IMG/VR virus record: IMGVR_UViG_3300001866_000016
Span: 1-47,851 of that record
Length of the DNA: 47,851 nt
Direction: 5' to 3' (one strand)
Source of the DNA: a virus
Lineage: Duplodnaviria; Caudoviricetes
This document shows positions 25,678-35,476 of this stretch, one piece after another (the first letter of the stretch is position 1; every line of letters starts with the position of its first letter). The position numbers were made by a program, and so were the translations under genes. The notes beneath the pieces were generated by a model that saw only the letters and a list, made by a program, of their open reading frames with translations, was not told the DNA's origin and searched no databases.

Positions 25678-27300
25678 TTAAGCAGCTACTACAGTAGCTC
25701 CGGCTGACAATGGGCGCCATTCACAATAAAGTGTAAGGCTACCAGCAGTAATATCGTCGACGCTTCTAAACATCGAGATATCTGCACCACCACCGATAAT
25801 AACCTGAGAAGTTGTAGCAACAGATCCCGCATCGTCTTCTGGATTGTTATCAACCCAAACATCAGTTGCTGCAAAGTCGCTATTATCAACAGTCGTAGCT
25901 GGTAGGCAAGCGGCAACGGCCTCTGTTGTACCAACTGAAAGAGTTGTGGTACCAGAAGTTGTAGTAATCGCTGTCCCGCCAACAACACCCCATACACGCA
26001 CCATGACATCCCCCGTAACAGTAAATGCAACGGCATCATCATATCCAGTCAAATCAGCATAAGTCTTTGAAACAATTTGTGGAGTTTGGACTAGAGTTGC
26101 AGGGATAGTCGTACCAGTATCCGTCAAAATAGCTTTAATATAAGCCATTAATGATCGAGTTGTGCCAACAGTTTCTTGTGCAGCGTCATCCTTCTTACCA
26201 ACAACGTCACGCATGTTAGCGTCAGTTGTGGCATCAGCTGCAGGGACTGTAAAAAGAGCTGGCAAAGTTGTACCAGTATCTTCCAAAACACCCTTTAGAT
26301 AACCCATCAACGACTTATTTGTAGTTACCGCTCCAACAGTAGCGTCAGTCTTATTACCAATAACGTCACGCATGACAGTATTGGTTGTAGCGTCGGCAGT
26401 TGGAACGTCATGATAACCATCAATAACGGCAATGGCCGCTGCGATTGAAGAAACATCGGCGTCTGCGAAGGCAGCCACGTCGCTACCAATTACATAAGAT
26501 CCTGCCGATTTGTCATATAGAACTGCAAACCATGTAGACCCTGTGACTGTATCTACGACGTTTCTTGTGTAGTTAGTAATAGCCTGAGTATATAGTTGTC
26601 CAGAGACAAATACATTTGTAGATGCGACGTCAACTAGGTTTACCCATGCAGTTGTAACTACTCCGAATCCATCAATATCAATTCTAACATTGTCACAATC
26701 GTCAACGGCAACTGGGCGAACTGCAGCATTACCACCCGTGAATCCAAGATATTTCAATCTAAGGAACGAGTTGTTGGCTGTATCAAGACGAACAGCGGTA
26801 GCCGCCTCAACTGTTGAGGAAGCATCTTGCCATTCAATATCTAGATAACAATTATCTCCAGTCACATTGAATGGAGATGTCAAGCCATCAATACCTGCAT
26901 ATCCAACAATGTTTTCAACGCGACAATTTGAAGCGCTGATAGTCATGCTTGCTGTATTTGCTGTACCGAATGTAAGTACTGGGCGATTATTACCAACCCC
27001 AATACCAATAATAGAAACACCTGCTACGTCTAACGCAATAGCGCCGGCTGAAGTAAGCGTCTCTGTGTGTCCAGGCATCACGAATATCACGTCGCCTGCA
27101 CTAGCTGTACAGGAGTTGATAGCTGCATCGATTGTACTAAAGAATCTAGATACACCATCTGCATCTACCTTCCATAGATCATGCAACATCGAGAGATTGG
27201 CTGTGCCAGAATCTCCAACGACGAATACCTTTCCTGAACCAGTAAAAGGGAGACCTGAGGTCGCAATGCGACCAAAGCCAGCCTCTTTTGAATAATTCAT
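25678..27300 (-). CDS. head fibre/decoration protein with a beta-helix-like N-terminus
   Basis: TIDAAINSC..GDVIFVMPGHTET motif; two ~53-aa internal repeats; directly after the MCP. Confidence 0.7.
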   Translation of the reverse strand: MNYSKEAGFGRIATSGLPFTGSGKVFVVGDSGTANLSMLHDLWKVDADGVSRFFSTIDAAINSCTASAGDVIFVMPGHTETLTSAGAIALDVAGVSIIGIGVGNNRPVLTFGTANTASMTISASNCRVENIVGYAGIDGLTSPFNVTGDNCYLDIEWQDASSTVEAATAVRLDTANNSFLRLKYLGFTGGNAAVRPVAVDDCDNVRIDIDGFGVVTTAWVNLVDVASTNVFVSGQLYTQAITNYTRNVVDTVTGSTWFAVLYDKSAGSYVIGSDVAAFADADVSSIAAAIAVIDGYHDVPTADATTNTVMRDVIGNKTDATVGAVTTNKSLMGYLKGVLEDTGTTLPALFTVPAADATTDANMRDVVGKKDDAAQETVGTTRSLMAYIKAILTDTGTTIPATLVQTPQIVSKTYADLTGYDDAVAFTVTGDVMVRVWGVVGGTAITTTSGTTTLSVGTTEAVAACLPATTVDNSDFAATDVWVDNNPEDDAGSVATTSQVIIGGGADISMFRSVDDITAGSLTLYCEWRPLSAGATVVAA

Positions 27301-27375
27301 ATCTTCTTATATATTAAATCTTATGAAGCCACCGCCCACCGAGGTTCTTATGTTGCTCCTTCACAAAATTATTAA

Positions 27376-28383
27376 TTAAGCTGTTGCGTCACCAGACGAG
27401 AACTTGAACCAATTTGCACCGACAGTAACGATTCCGTAACCACCTCGTGCACCGAAGTTCCAATCATCTGTTGAGAATTCCTCACCAGCATTTAGGTCAG
27501 CTGGCATCTTAAGGTGTGGAGCTTCCCAGATTCCAAGATATGAACTTGAATGCATTGAAGAAGCAAGACCCCAGTAATAACGCTTTGTTGAATCTGGAGC
27601 ACCCGCTGCAGTTGTTGCAACGCGTGGCAAAATAACGTGGCGATATTTTGAAGAATATACGTTTGTGATTCCAGAATGAGCACCCTCAACATCTGCTGTT
27701 GATTGTAGGTATTCACGTGCAGTGTTCACTGCATTTGGTTCGTCAGTTGTCCATAGAATGTCGAATTCCATGACCATCTTCTCACCAAACTGGTTGTAAG
27801 TTTCCTCCGTAATAAGACGCTCCATTCCTTCCAAAGCACCTTTAGAAAGTCGTGGGTTGTTAGCCAATCGGTTTCGATAGGTTGTGGAGCTTCCACGAAG
27901 TGTGTGGGCTGTATAAGCCAACTGATATCCGTCACCAACTGTGGTGGTAATAGTATTACCATCCATATCAGTGTATGAAGTAGCAGTACAGAAAGTGATT
28001 TGGTGTGCCAAATCAAGATCCATACGCTTTGCAATTTGAGAACCGAGTCCTGTCAAACGAGCAACTACTTCTGGATATTTGTTTTGCGTACGCATTTCGT
28101 ACGTGATGCCAATATCGCGAGCAATTCGCTTCATTGACATTGTTTTTGAGTAACCCTGTTGAACTTGTGCACGTTGTGCTTGATCACCCTCGTCTTTTGT
28201 ACGAGCATATTCGTCAAGATCAATTTCAGAGAATTCGCGAGTGCTTCCGCTGTTTGATGGAATGTCTACAACTTTAAAAAGTCCAGAATCCATCATGACT
28301 TGTGGAACAGAGGTGAGACCTTTGAGCCACAAGACATCAGCAAGTTTTGTGAAGTCACTCAACGTAGCTGTATTGAGTTCCAT
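27376..28383 (-). CDS. major capsid protein (HK97 fold)
   Basis: 335 aa; position; KDEG, IGITYEM, GDG..L...AH and DWNFGARGGYG patterns. Confidence 0.85.
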   Translation of the reverse strand: MELNTATLSDFTKLADVLWLKGLTSVPQVMMDSGLFKVVDIPSNSGSTREFSEIDLDEYARTKDEGDQAQRAQVQQGYSKTMSMKRIARDIGITYEMRTQNKYPEVVARLTGLGSQIAKRMDLDLAHQITFCTATSYTDMDGNTITTTVGDGYQLAYTAHTLRGSSTTYRNRLANNPRLSKGALEGMERLITEETYNQFGEKMVMEFDILWTTDEPNAVNTAREYLQSTADVEGAHSGITNVYSSKYRHVILPRVATTAAGAPDSTKRYYWGLASSMHSSSYLGIWEAPHLKMPADLNAGEEFSTDDWNFGARGGYGIVTVGANWFKFSSGDATA

Positions 28384-28406
28384 AGATAATTATTAAAGTT
28401 AATAGA

Positions 28407-28826
28407 TTATTCCCAAGTCTTATCACCAAAATCAGCATTTGAATTTAGAGTGAATCGGCCTTTGGATGTGCTAATGTACCCCTTACAGAGCAATACCCCA
28501 TAAGTTGTACCTGCCTTGTTAACAACTGATGCGCTTGAAAGATCAAACGCGCTTCCAATATCAGTAGTTGCAAGAGTACCAGTGGCTGTCGACTCTAGTT
28601 CGCATGATGTTTCCATTGGAACTTCGACCGCAACATTGGTAGTGCTAGCAAAATCAGAATCTGTTGATGCAACAGCTTCTAAAATAATGCCATAGTGCTT
28701 TGTTGACTGCGTTGTGGCAGTAGCTACATAGCCTGAGGTCATCTGCACCAAGTCACCAACAGTGAATGTCACTGATGCTGTTTTTGGAGCATGCACGATT
28801 TTTGTTTTACCTTTTACCCATCGCAT
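28407..28826 (-). CDS. capsid cement/decoration protein
   Basis: FTVGDLV...G pattern; Thr/Ala-rich; directly upstream of the MCP. Confidence 0.7.
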   Translation of the reverse strand: MRWVKGKTKIVHAPKTASVTFTVGDLVQMTSGYVATATTQSTKHYGIILEAVASTDSDFASTTNVAVEVPMETSCELESTATGTLATTDIGSAFDLSSASVVNKAGTTYGVLLCKGYISTSKGRFTLNSNADFGDKTWE

Positions 28827-28849
28827 AGGATGAAAATAAAGTTAATTAA

Positions 28850-28968
28850 ATAAAACACACTATACGTGTGTTTGTACGATTTTTTTACAGGGGTTGACTC
28901 CCCGACATTACAAACGATTTTTGCCCTTTCGGACTGACAACTGGTTTTTTCCAGCGATAAGTTGTAAC
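28850..28968 (-). promoter_or_regulatory. structured 5' leader of the capsid operon
   Basis: Four hairpins including GTCC-GAAA-GGGC and GGGG-AGTCAA-CCCC; AAAAATCGT present twice. Confidence 0.55.
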
Positions 28969-28974
28969 AGTATT

Positions 28975-29015
28975 ATTATATACCTAATCTTGGCGAAATT
29001 CAAGACTTATCCACA
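28975..29015 (-). promoter_or_regulatory. late/capsid promoter with an adjacent perfect DnaA box
   Basis: TTGAAT-17 nt-TATAAT on the minus strand; TTATCCACA at 29007-29015. Confidence 0.7.
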
Positions 29016-29755
29016 GCACCATCTGATACAAAATTCTTATCATGTTTCTCGGAAATTTTATTAAATTGCTCTGGCGTACCAATAAATCCGCCTTCGCATC
29101 TAGTTAGCCCATTAGAATCAATATAATCATCTATAGAATAGCCCCTCTGGGTCAAATGCACACATTTCAATCTAGGGTCACAAAGTGTTAATGGCCTAAA
29201 TTTATCAAAGAAATATAGATCTTCGCCCTTCTTTATTTTATCCCCAGCAACCTCAAATGAGAACCAAATATCATTAGGAAATTTTTTAAAGAAATCCATC
29301 TTTATCATAAGACATCCGCCACCAGCACCATCTATTTGGAATAACTCATTCAATGGAAATTGAGATATCATGCCAAATGCACCAGTATCTTCATTGATGC
29401 CTTTATAAACATGAGGGGCGTATGGTGGTCTCTTCCAGGTATAAAGACCAGATATAGCATCAACCTCTGGATTATCTTCAAAGTCTTCTATCAGCATACT
29501 TATAGTATCTGATGGAAATACCATATCAGTATCTAAAAATAATATATGGGTTATATCATGTTTAAGCGCAAATCTCACAAGTTCATTTCTCATATCATCA
29601 ATCCTAAAGCCCCCTTGAGATATAATACTTACATTATCATTGCGTTTATTTTTTATAACCCATTCATAAAATTTATGTTGCATTTGGAATAAACTAAATG
29701 CAAAATCTTTTTCAAAGTGCGAATAATTGTGGGGGAGAGCTATCATTATATTCAT
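29000..29755 (-). CDS. GT-A (family 2-like) glycosyltransferase
   Basis: MRNELV, THILFLDTDMVFP (DxD), GGGCLMI, GEDLYF and DPRLKCVH motifs. Confidence 0.85.
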   Translation of the reverse strand: MNIMIALPHNYSHFEKDFAFSLFQMQHKFYEWVIKNKRNDNVSIISQGGFRIDDMRNELVRFALKHDITHILFLDTDMVFPSDTISMLIEDFEDNPEVDAISGLYTWKRPPYAPHVYKGINEDTGAFGMISQFPLNELFQIDGAGGGCLMIKMDFFKKFPNDIWFSFEVAGDKIKKGEDLYFFDKFRPLTLCDPRLKCVHLTQRGYSIDDYIDSNGLTRCEGGFIGTPEQFNKISEKHDKNFVSDGAVDKS

Positions 29756-29794
29756 AAATATAGTTTAATAATATTCTCTCCCCACAATTAATAA

Positions 29795-30187
29795 TTACAA
29801 TAACTTAGTCAATGGTATGTCTCTAGATGAAGCACAACCGAATGCCTCACCAATCTTTTTCTCTCTTAGATTACTCGCCAGAGTCTGTGCTCCATCAGTA
29901 ACCGAGAACAACATCTCAAACGATAGCCCTAAATCTGACAACTCGGTCAATATATATGTTGCTAATTTATGGCGCACAATGTCAGTTACGTCGGCATCTT
30001 CCAACTTCGTTTCAGATTTTACGATATCCAATAGATCTGGATGTAATACTGCATCTTCATGAGTTAACGTTTTAGATCCATCTTCGTTATCAGTGGACAC
30101 GAATACTACCTTAGAAGTTGAGTCAGTCAACTCTTCAATATGGTCTATCTCGAAACGACCAATAAAATATTTTTTTTCTTCTTCCAT
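29795..30187 (-). CDS. hypothetical protein
   Basis: ORF in the head operon. Confidence 0.75.
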   Translation of the reverse strand: MEEEKKYFIGRFEIDHIEELTDSTSKVVFVSTDNEDGSKTLTHEDAVLHPDLLDIVKSETKLEDADVTDIVRHKLATYILTELSDLGLSFEMLFSVTDGAQTLASNLREKKIGEAFGCASSRDIPLTKLL

Positions 30188-30198
30188 AATTATATTAA

Positions 30199-30723
30199 TT
30201 AATTAACAAATCTAACATCTATCTTATACTTCTCTCCATTATCCTTTCGTGTTACATCCATAACAAGCACACCATTTGAGTGTCTTGTTTCAGATTCGAC
30301 CAATGCGGGCACCATATCATAACGCCTGACAAACGTACGATAGTCTACAATCTTATCAGTATCATCACTAAAGATAAGCTTTATTGTTTGATGCTCTTCC
30401 CATACACCAGTTAGGGGATTCTTCTCTACTAGGTTTTGAATCATGTCCCACCCAACAATAATCTTTCCGTCGTATGATCTTAGATTTACTACCTTGCCGT
30501 GATCCTCACGATTCTTGTCATCAAACTTAGATAGCTGGGCTTTAGACGCAGCAAACTCTACGCGCTCCAATCTATCTTTCATCGCACTGAAATCATCAAA
30601 GAATTTCTTTAAATCTGATTTCTGCATGACAACAGTTTCTTCACTAACCTCTTGAGAATCTATAACAGAATCAAAAGATTCTTCGGATTGACTGTCGTCT
30701 ACTTCTTTTTTATTTTTTACCAT
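30199..30723 (-). CDS. hypothetical protein
   Basis: ORF in the head operon. Confidence 0.75.
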   Translation of the reverse strand: MVKNKKEVDDSQSEESFDSVIDSQEVSEETVVMQKSDLKKFFDDFSAMKDRLERVEFAASKAQLSKFDDKNREDHGKVVNLRSYDGKIIVGWDMIQNLVEKNPLTGVWEEHQTIKLIFSDDTDKIVDYRTFVRRYDMVPALVESETRHSNGVLVMDVTRKDNGEKYKIDVRFVN

Positions 30724-30726
30724 ATG

Positions 30727-31365
30727 TTATGATTTTAAATCAAAAGGATTCTTCATAGTTAGATCAGCTTCCTTTATACCCAACTTAGAACCAAGACTTT
30801 TTTGACCATCTGACAATGGTTCTTTGCTCTTATTACTTTGGATATATGGGCTTTGATAGCCTGCAGCACGAGCTACAGGAGAGTACCCAGAATGCGATTG
30901 GGCTGTTGCTAAAGTGAAAGCATCTTTCATTTTCTTTATAATCTGATCCTTTGTTTCGCCCTTATCAATAAGTCTATCGTAATGGAACATTATCTTTTCA
31001 GATAAATCTTTATCTCCATCACTAAATAATGACAACGCATCTTCTACGTAATTCTTATTAATATTATTCTTAAACTCCTTCTGCTCGGCCTCTAACCTCT
31101 CTTGTCTCTCTCGCAATTCCAACTCAGAAGCAGACAACTTCGCCTTCTCCTCTTCTGTCATATCGCGCAGTTGTTTGAAGTTATAGTCCTTCCTCTTATA
31201 TTTATCTAGTTCCTGGAGCACAGAATCCAATTGAGACTGTAGCTCCTCGACCTTTGTTTTAACCTCAGTGCCTTCAGCCTTCTTGACTTCAGGATCAGAG
31301 GCGTTTGGGTTTTGTTGCTTATCATCAGCAACTCCGCCATCGACACCTTTATCCTCTTTTATCAT
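30727..31365 (-). CDS. putative scaffolding protein
   Basis: Charged coiled coil with a C-terminal LS..QKSLGSKLGI helix; lies between portal and MCP. Confidence 0.65.
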   Translation of the reverse strand: MIKEDKGVDGGVADDKQQNPNASDPEVKKAEGTEVKTKVEELQSQLDSVLQELDKYKRKDYNFKQLRDMTEEEKAKLSASELELRERQERLEAEQKEFKNNINKNYVEDALSLFSDGDKDLSEKIMFHYDRLIDKGETKDQIIKKMKDAFTLATAQSHSGYSPVARAAGYQSPYIQSNKSKEPLSDGQKSLGSKLGIKEADLTMKNPFDLKS

Positions 31366-31383
31366 AAAGATTATTATTAAAAA

Positions 31384-31824
31384 TTAAATTAAATCTAATG
31401 GATTGATTGGCTCTTTCTGTTTAACCAAATCTTTATATTCACTATCGAATTTTTCAAATTGTTCCTTAACGAGAGATATTCCATTAACAGTGGCTCTCGC
31501 AAATTTCCACTGATTATCATCGAGTGCTTGGCGTGCCATAAAATTTATTTGCTCCATAATCATTCTATCTAATATAGATATGAATATAGGATAACTATAA
31601 ATCTGCGAAGACAGTGCATAAACAGAATTTTTATTCTGTTCTGGCAACCCGTCTAAAATGGAATCTATAGGTAAGACATCTATACTTCCCAATTCCTTAC
31701 GAAGTAAACTCGTCGCCATGTCATCAAAGTTTACTTTAACATCTATTTTTTTACTAATATTGGCCAACTTTTTATCAATATTATCTAAAGACGAATATAT
31801 ACAATCCATCTCTTTTTTTGCCAT
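31384..31824 (-). CDS. hypothetical head-assembly protein
   Basis: Follows the portal; FARATVNGI motif. Confidence 0.65.
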   Translation of the reverse strand: MAKKEMDCIYSSLDNIDKKLANISKKIDVKVNFDDMATSLLRKELGSIDVLPIDSILDGLPEQNKNSVYALSSQIYSYPIFISILDRMIMEQINFMARQALDDNQWKFARATVNGISLVKEQFEKFDSEYKDLVKQKEPINPLDLI

Positions 31825-31827
31825 AAT

Positions 31828-33879
31828 TTATTTATTTAATAATCTGGCTAAGGCTGGTTGTTCTAATTCTCCTTTTTGTGCTTGTACAGACGCCTGCATT
31901 GGATTTTGGCGTGTGGCTAGACTCGTACCTGATGCTGAACCACTGGCAGTAGCTGCCTTCTGTGCATTGGCCAGCTCTACCGAACCGCTCATAAGTGGTT
32001 TGGCTGGGGCTTCTTGTACAAAAAACTTTCTAGGATCTTCGTCTATCATGATTGCATATCTCTCTTTAGCATATGCTGTGTTCACGGAATCCATACCAAA
32101 TAGATTAGCTGCGTCCTGCAAATCCTGTTTGAACATAACGCGTTCGAGTTGCGAGCTATCCTTCTGTGTAGCATTAACATTAACACTCCAGATAATATCC
32201 AAATTTCTCATCTTCTCTGGATTGATATATACCTTTCTAACTTTTCTTCTATAAACTCTACCCAGCTTATTCTCTTCGTCCATTACCTCTTTTGACGTTA
32301 GAGAGTCTGCTTTCTCTGCATTAAACTCAATAATCTTTAAAGCATTCTCGCCTTTCTCTGTAGAAGAATCAAGTGAGAATGAACGGAAGACATCCACCAA
32401 TTCATTCTTTACTTTATCTATCTTTTGATCTATTGGTGTAGTCCATGTATGCAAAATATTATGAACGCGATGTTCAATCATCTGCACTTCAAGATTAATA
32501 AGCCCATAAATAGTCAGACCAAGTTTAACCATCTGCTGTTGTTGCATTGTATTAATCTGAGTGGCTGTTGGGCTACCAGATACCTGGTCTCCAGTAAATA
32601 CTGGGTTAACACTCTTCTCACTTAAGATATTAGTCAACATCTCAAATGCAGTTATCATTGACGTTGAAAGCCCATTATTAGTTCCTATCTCTTCAAGGTC
32701 TGAGGCCTTAATACCCTTTGTAATCTTACCAGGCCACAATACTTTTCTTGATAATATACGATTAGAAGAGTTTGCCATTGGTGGCAAGACACCCTTCTTC
32801 ATTGCCAAGAGTATCATTCTTAGCATCATATCAACCACGCCTTGATCCACACTGGTCTTTGCAGGTATAGACTTAGAATACGCAAAGAATCTTGAAATAA
32901 CTTCAGCGTCCCCCTTGCTCAAGGTATATTCACCAGATGGAGATACTTCTGTCAGGGGATAGCCCACTGGCAACATCATCACTCCATTTAGGATTATCAT
33001 GTACTCATTATTAGGCGCATCTTGATACTTGACAACCTGCACCATATTGTCCTCAATCTCGCCCGTATACCAGAAATTAGATACCCCTTCAGTATCAGAA
33101 TACATCTCCTTGAATGTCTTTAGTTTCTTTGGTACATATTGAAATCTACTCCAATCGCCATAAATATATTTAGCAACATCATAAGGAATCTGGTCTATTG
33201 TAAATAGATAAGGCTGTTGCTTTATAAAAAATTCTCTAATATTACCCAAATAAACATTCTTGCCTGGTATCAAGTTACATTCACATTGTGGTAACATCTT
33301 CTTTACTCTCGTCTTCCACCTTGTCTGCAGTGGATCATTATTGGCAGAATTATTTGTAACCTCTTTCTCTACCTCAAACTTGATAGCCTGAATCTCCTCA
33401 ACAAAACAAGTCCCTTGATCCAAGAACTCCTTATAAATAAGCGGCCTCTTGAAATCATATTCCTCCATCTTCCTACTCTTCTTAACCATGTCTTCCATCT
33501 GCGCACCGAGTTCTGAGATAAGCATATCGCCTTTATCGAATGCCATTATCTCGCCCTGCAAATTAAGATTAAGTAACGCTGAAAGAATAGACATCTCCTT
33601 CTCATGTGTAGTGCCAGTTACTATTCTAGAGTCCTCCTCATTCTCTTTTGGCGGATTATAAGAGTTTGCCGCCTTCTGATTAGTCTCATATTTATCATCA
33701 TATGTACTATCATCAAGCTCTACGAATGATTCAATACGCTGATTTACCGCACTATCAAGACGCTTGGTCAGATACCCATAATACTCATTCTCAACGTCAT
33801 TATACTTAACACACTCCTGTTTCATATCTTCCTCTGACTCCTCAAAAGAAGGTTTAATTTTTTTTGTTCCTCTTGGCAT
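31828..33879 (-). CDS. portal protein (P22-like podovirus type)
   Basis: 683 aa directly after TerL; G..TATQI motif; Gln/Ala-rich tail. Confidence 0.85.
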   Translation of the reverse strand: MPRGTKKIKPSFEESEEDMKQECVKYNDVENEYYGYLTKRLDSAVNQRIESFVELDDSTYDDKYETNQKAANSYNPPKENEEDSRIVTGTTHEKEMSILSALLNLNLQGEIMAFDKGDMLISELGAQMEDMVKKSRKMEEYDFKRPLIYKEFLDQGTCFVEEIQAIKFEVEKEVTNNSANNDPLQTRWKTRVKKMLPQCECNLIPGKNVYLGNIREFFIKQQPYLFTIDQIPYDVAKYIYGDWSRFQYVPKKLKTFKEMYSDTEGVSNFWYTGEIEDNMVQVVKYQDAPNNEYMIILNGVMMLPVGYPLTEVSPSGEYTLSKGDAEVISRFFAYSKSIPAKTSVDQGVVDMMLRMILLAMKKGVLPPMANSSNRILSRKVLWPGKITKGIKASDLEEIGTNNGLSTSMITAFEMLTNILSEKSVNPVFTGDQVSGSPTATQINTMQQQQMVKLGLTIYGLINLEVQMIEHRVHNILHTWTTPIDQKIDKVKNELVDVFRSFSLDSSTEKGENALKIIEFNAEKADSLTSKEVMDEENKLGRVYRRKVRKVYINPEKMRNLDIIWSVNVNATQKDSSQLERVMFKQDLQDAANLFGMDSVNTAYAKERYAIMIDEDPRKFFVQEAPAKPLMSGSVELANAQKAATASGSASGTSLATRQNPMQASVQAQKGELEQPALARLLNK

Positions 33880-33882
33880 ATT

Positions 33883-35421
33883 TTATATTAAATCCCATTT
33901 ATCAAAAGAATCCTTATCCTCTTTCTCCGCCCTCTCATTTTCCAATTCAGAAAATGGTGGTTTAGAAAAAGTCATGGCCAGAGCATCCAAAGTATCAGGA
34001 GATGGTATGCCATTTTTAGCCATCTCTACCTTACTCATCATTATAATCTTCCCCCTCTGTGCAGCCTTATATTTCAAACTCAATGCTTCCTTCCAATCAT
34101 CATATTTATTTAACTTCCCCCCGAGCCTAATCCACTCCTTCAGTCCCCAGAAATTCTCCGCCCTCTTATTAACAAACATATCCATGTCATCAGGCCTCCC
34201 TGCCCCCTGCACCCCATTACAATAAAACTTCAACTGATGCAACCTATCAACCACACCACCGCCTATACCTGTATCATCCACAAAAACATTCATCGCATTC
34301 ACCCTGTATTCCTTCGCTAGCAATATAGTCTGTGACGCAACATCCATTATATCAGATATCTCAGATTTTGCTATAACCTTAGCAAAATTCTCTGTGCGTA
34401 AAACCCAGACATTCTTGCACCCTCCGCCGCGTGCCACGTCAAGCCCCATCATCCTCGTACCAATGTAGGCCTCCTCATCAATAAACTGCAGCGCACTATT
34501 AAGCTCGTCATCAAAAACAAGCCTGCTCCAACCCTTATCATCCATTCTATCCTCACGAGGGAACTCACCCATAACACGAACCCTAAACTCATCAGAATCC
34601 TCTCCGTGCTTCTCTTTCATGCGATCAACGTAAGAGTTATCCACAATAGGAGAATCAAGCGAATTAAACCTAAACGTCTGCCAGTTACCACTATCATTAT
34701 GGTGGCTATCATAAAAATAACCCTCCAGCCTTGTGGGGTTAGAAATAAGAACCAATAAAATATTCTCATTAGTAAGCGCGCCTTCTGCAACCACGAAGAT
34801 CTGGTCAGGCACAGCTGAGGCCTCGTCAACTAACATCATGACATAATCTCCGTGAATACCAGCTAGCGCCTCAGGAGCCTCCTTACGCGCAGTCTTGGCG
34901 CGAGCAAACCATGTTTCAGGCCTCTGTACAATACGAACATAGTTATTAGATATATCGTACATCTTCTTACATTTCTCTGGCATCTTAGAATGCCACCTAG
35001 CAACTTCCTTCCAAAGAACGTCAAACATCTGGTCAGAAGTAGGGGCTGTACAAGGGATCTGTGAATCCTTAAAGCAAAACAAGAACCACAAAAGCATCCA
35101 GGCCATGACAGTAGACTTGCCAATCCCATGGCCTGATGAGATGGAAAGTCTACGTTTGGCCTTCCCGTTCATAGCGTTCTCTACAGCCTTAAGCACCACC
35201 AACTGCTGCCAGGTAATATTTGTGCCCTTAACAAATGGCAAGAACCAGTCAGATCTCCATTCACTAAGCGGGGTAGATTCTGCCAGAATATCATACCCTG
35301 GCTTAAACTGCTGGGGGACAAGCCCCCACATCCATTCTACAAAGAATATTGGGGATTTCTGCAACTTAAGGAATGTGTCCTTATCTAACTGGTCGCTAGT
35401 TGTTGATAAAGTCTTTGACAT
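33883..35421 (-). CDS. terL: terminase large subunit
   Basis: Walker A SGHGIGKS, Walker B LVDEAS, ISNPTR; nuclease motifs GLDVARGG, VDDTGIGGGVVD and SPDTLDALAMTF. Confidence 0.96.
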   Translation of the reverse strand: MSKTLSTTSDQLDKDTFLKLQKSPIFFVEWMWGLVPQQFKPGYDILAESTPLSEWRSDWFLPFVKGTNITWQQLVVLKAVENAMNGKAKRRLSISSGHGIGKSTVMAWMLLWFLFCFKDSQIPCTAPTSDQMFDVLWKEVARWHSKMPEKCKKMYDISNNYVRIVQRPETWFARAKTARKEAPEALAGIHGDYVMMLVDEASAVPDQIFVVAEGALTNENILLVLISNPTRLEGYFYDSHHNDSGNWQTFRFNSLDSPIVDNSYVDRMKEKHGEDSDEFRVRVMGEFPREDRMDDKGWSRLVFDDELNSALQFIDEEAYIGTRMMGLDVARGGGCKNVWVLRTENFAKVIAKSEISDIMDVASQTILLAKEYRVNAMNVFVDDTGIGGGVVDRLHQLKFYCNGVQGAGRPDDMDMFVNKRAENFWGLKEWIRLGGKLNKYDDWKEALSLKYKAAQRGKIIMMSKVEMAKNGIPSPDTLDALAMTFSKPPFSELENERAEKEDKDSFDKWDLI

Positions 35422-35476
35422 ATTATTAAGTGTCGTATACAATAAGCTTATTAAATAAGGAAATATTAACTAAAAT

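Noticed and set aside
34637-34645. Perfect DnaA box inside terL
   Set aside because: Explained by the codons for Val-Asp-Asn; no adjacent promoter seen.
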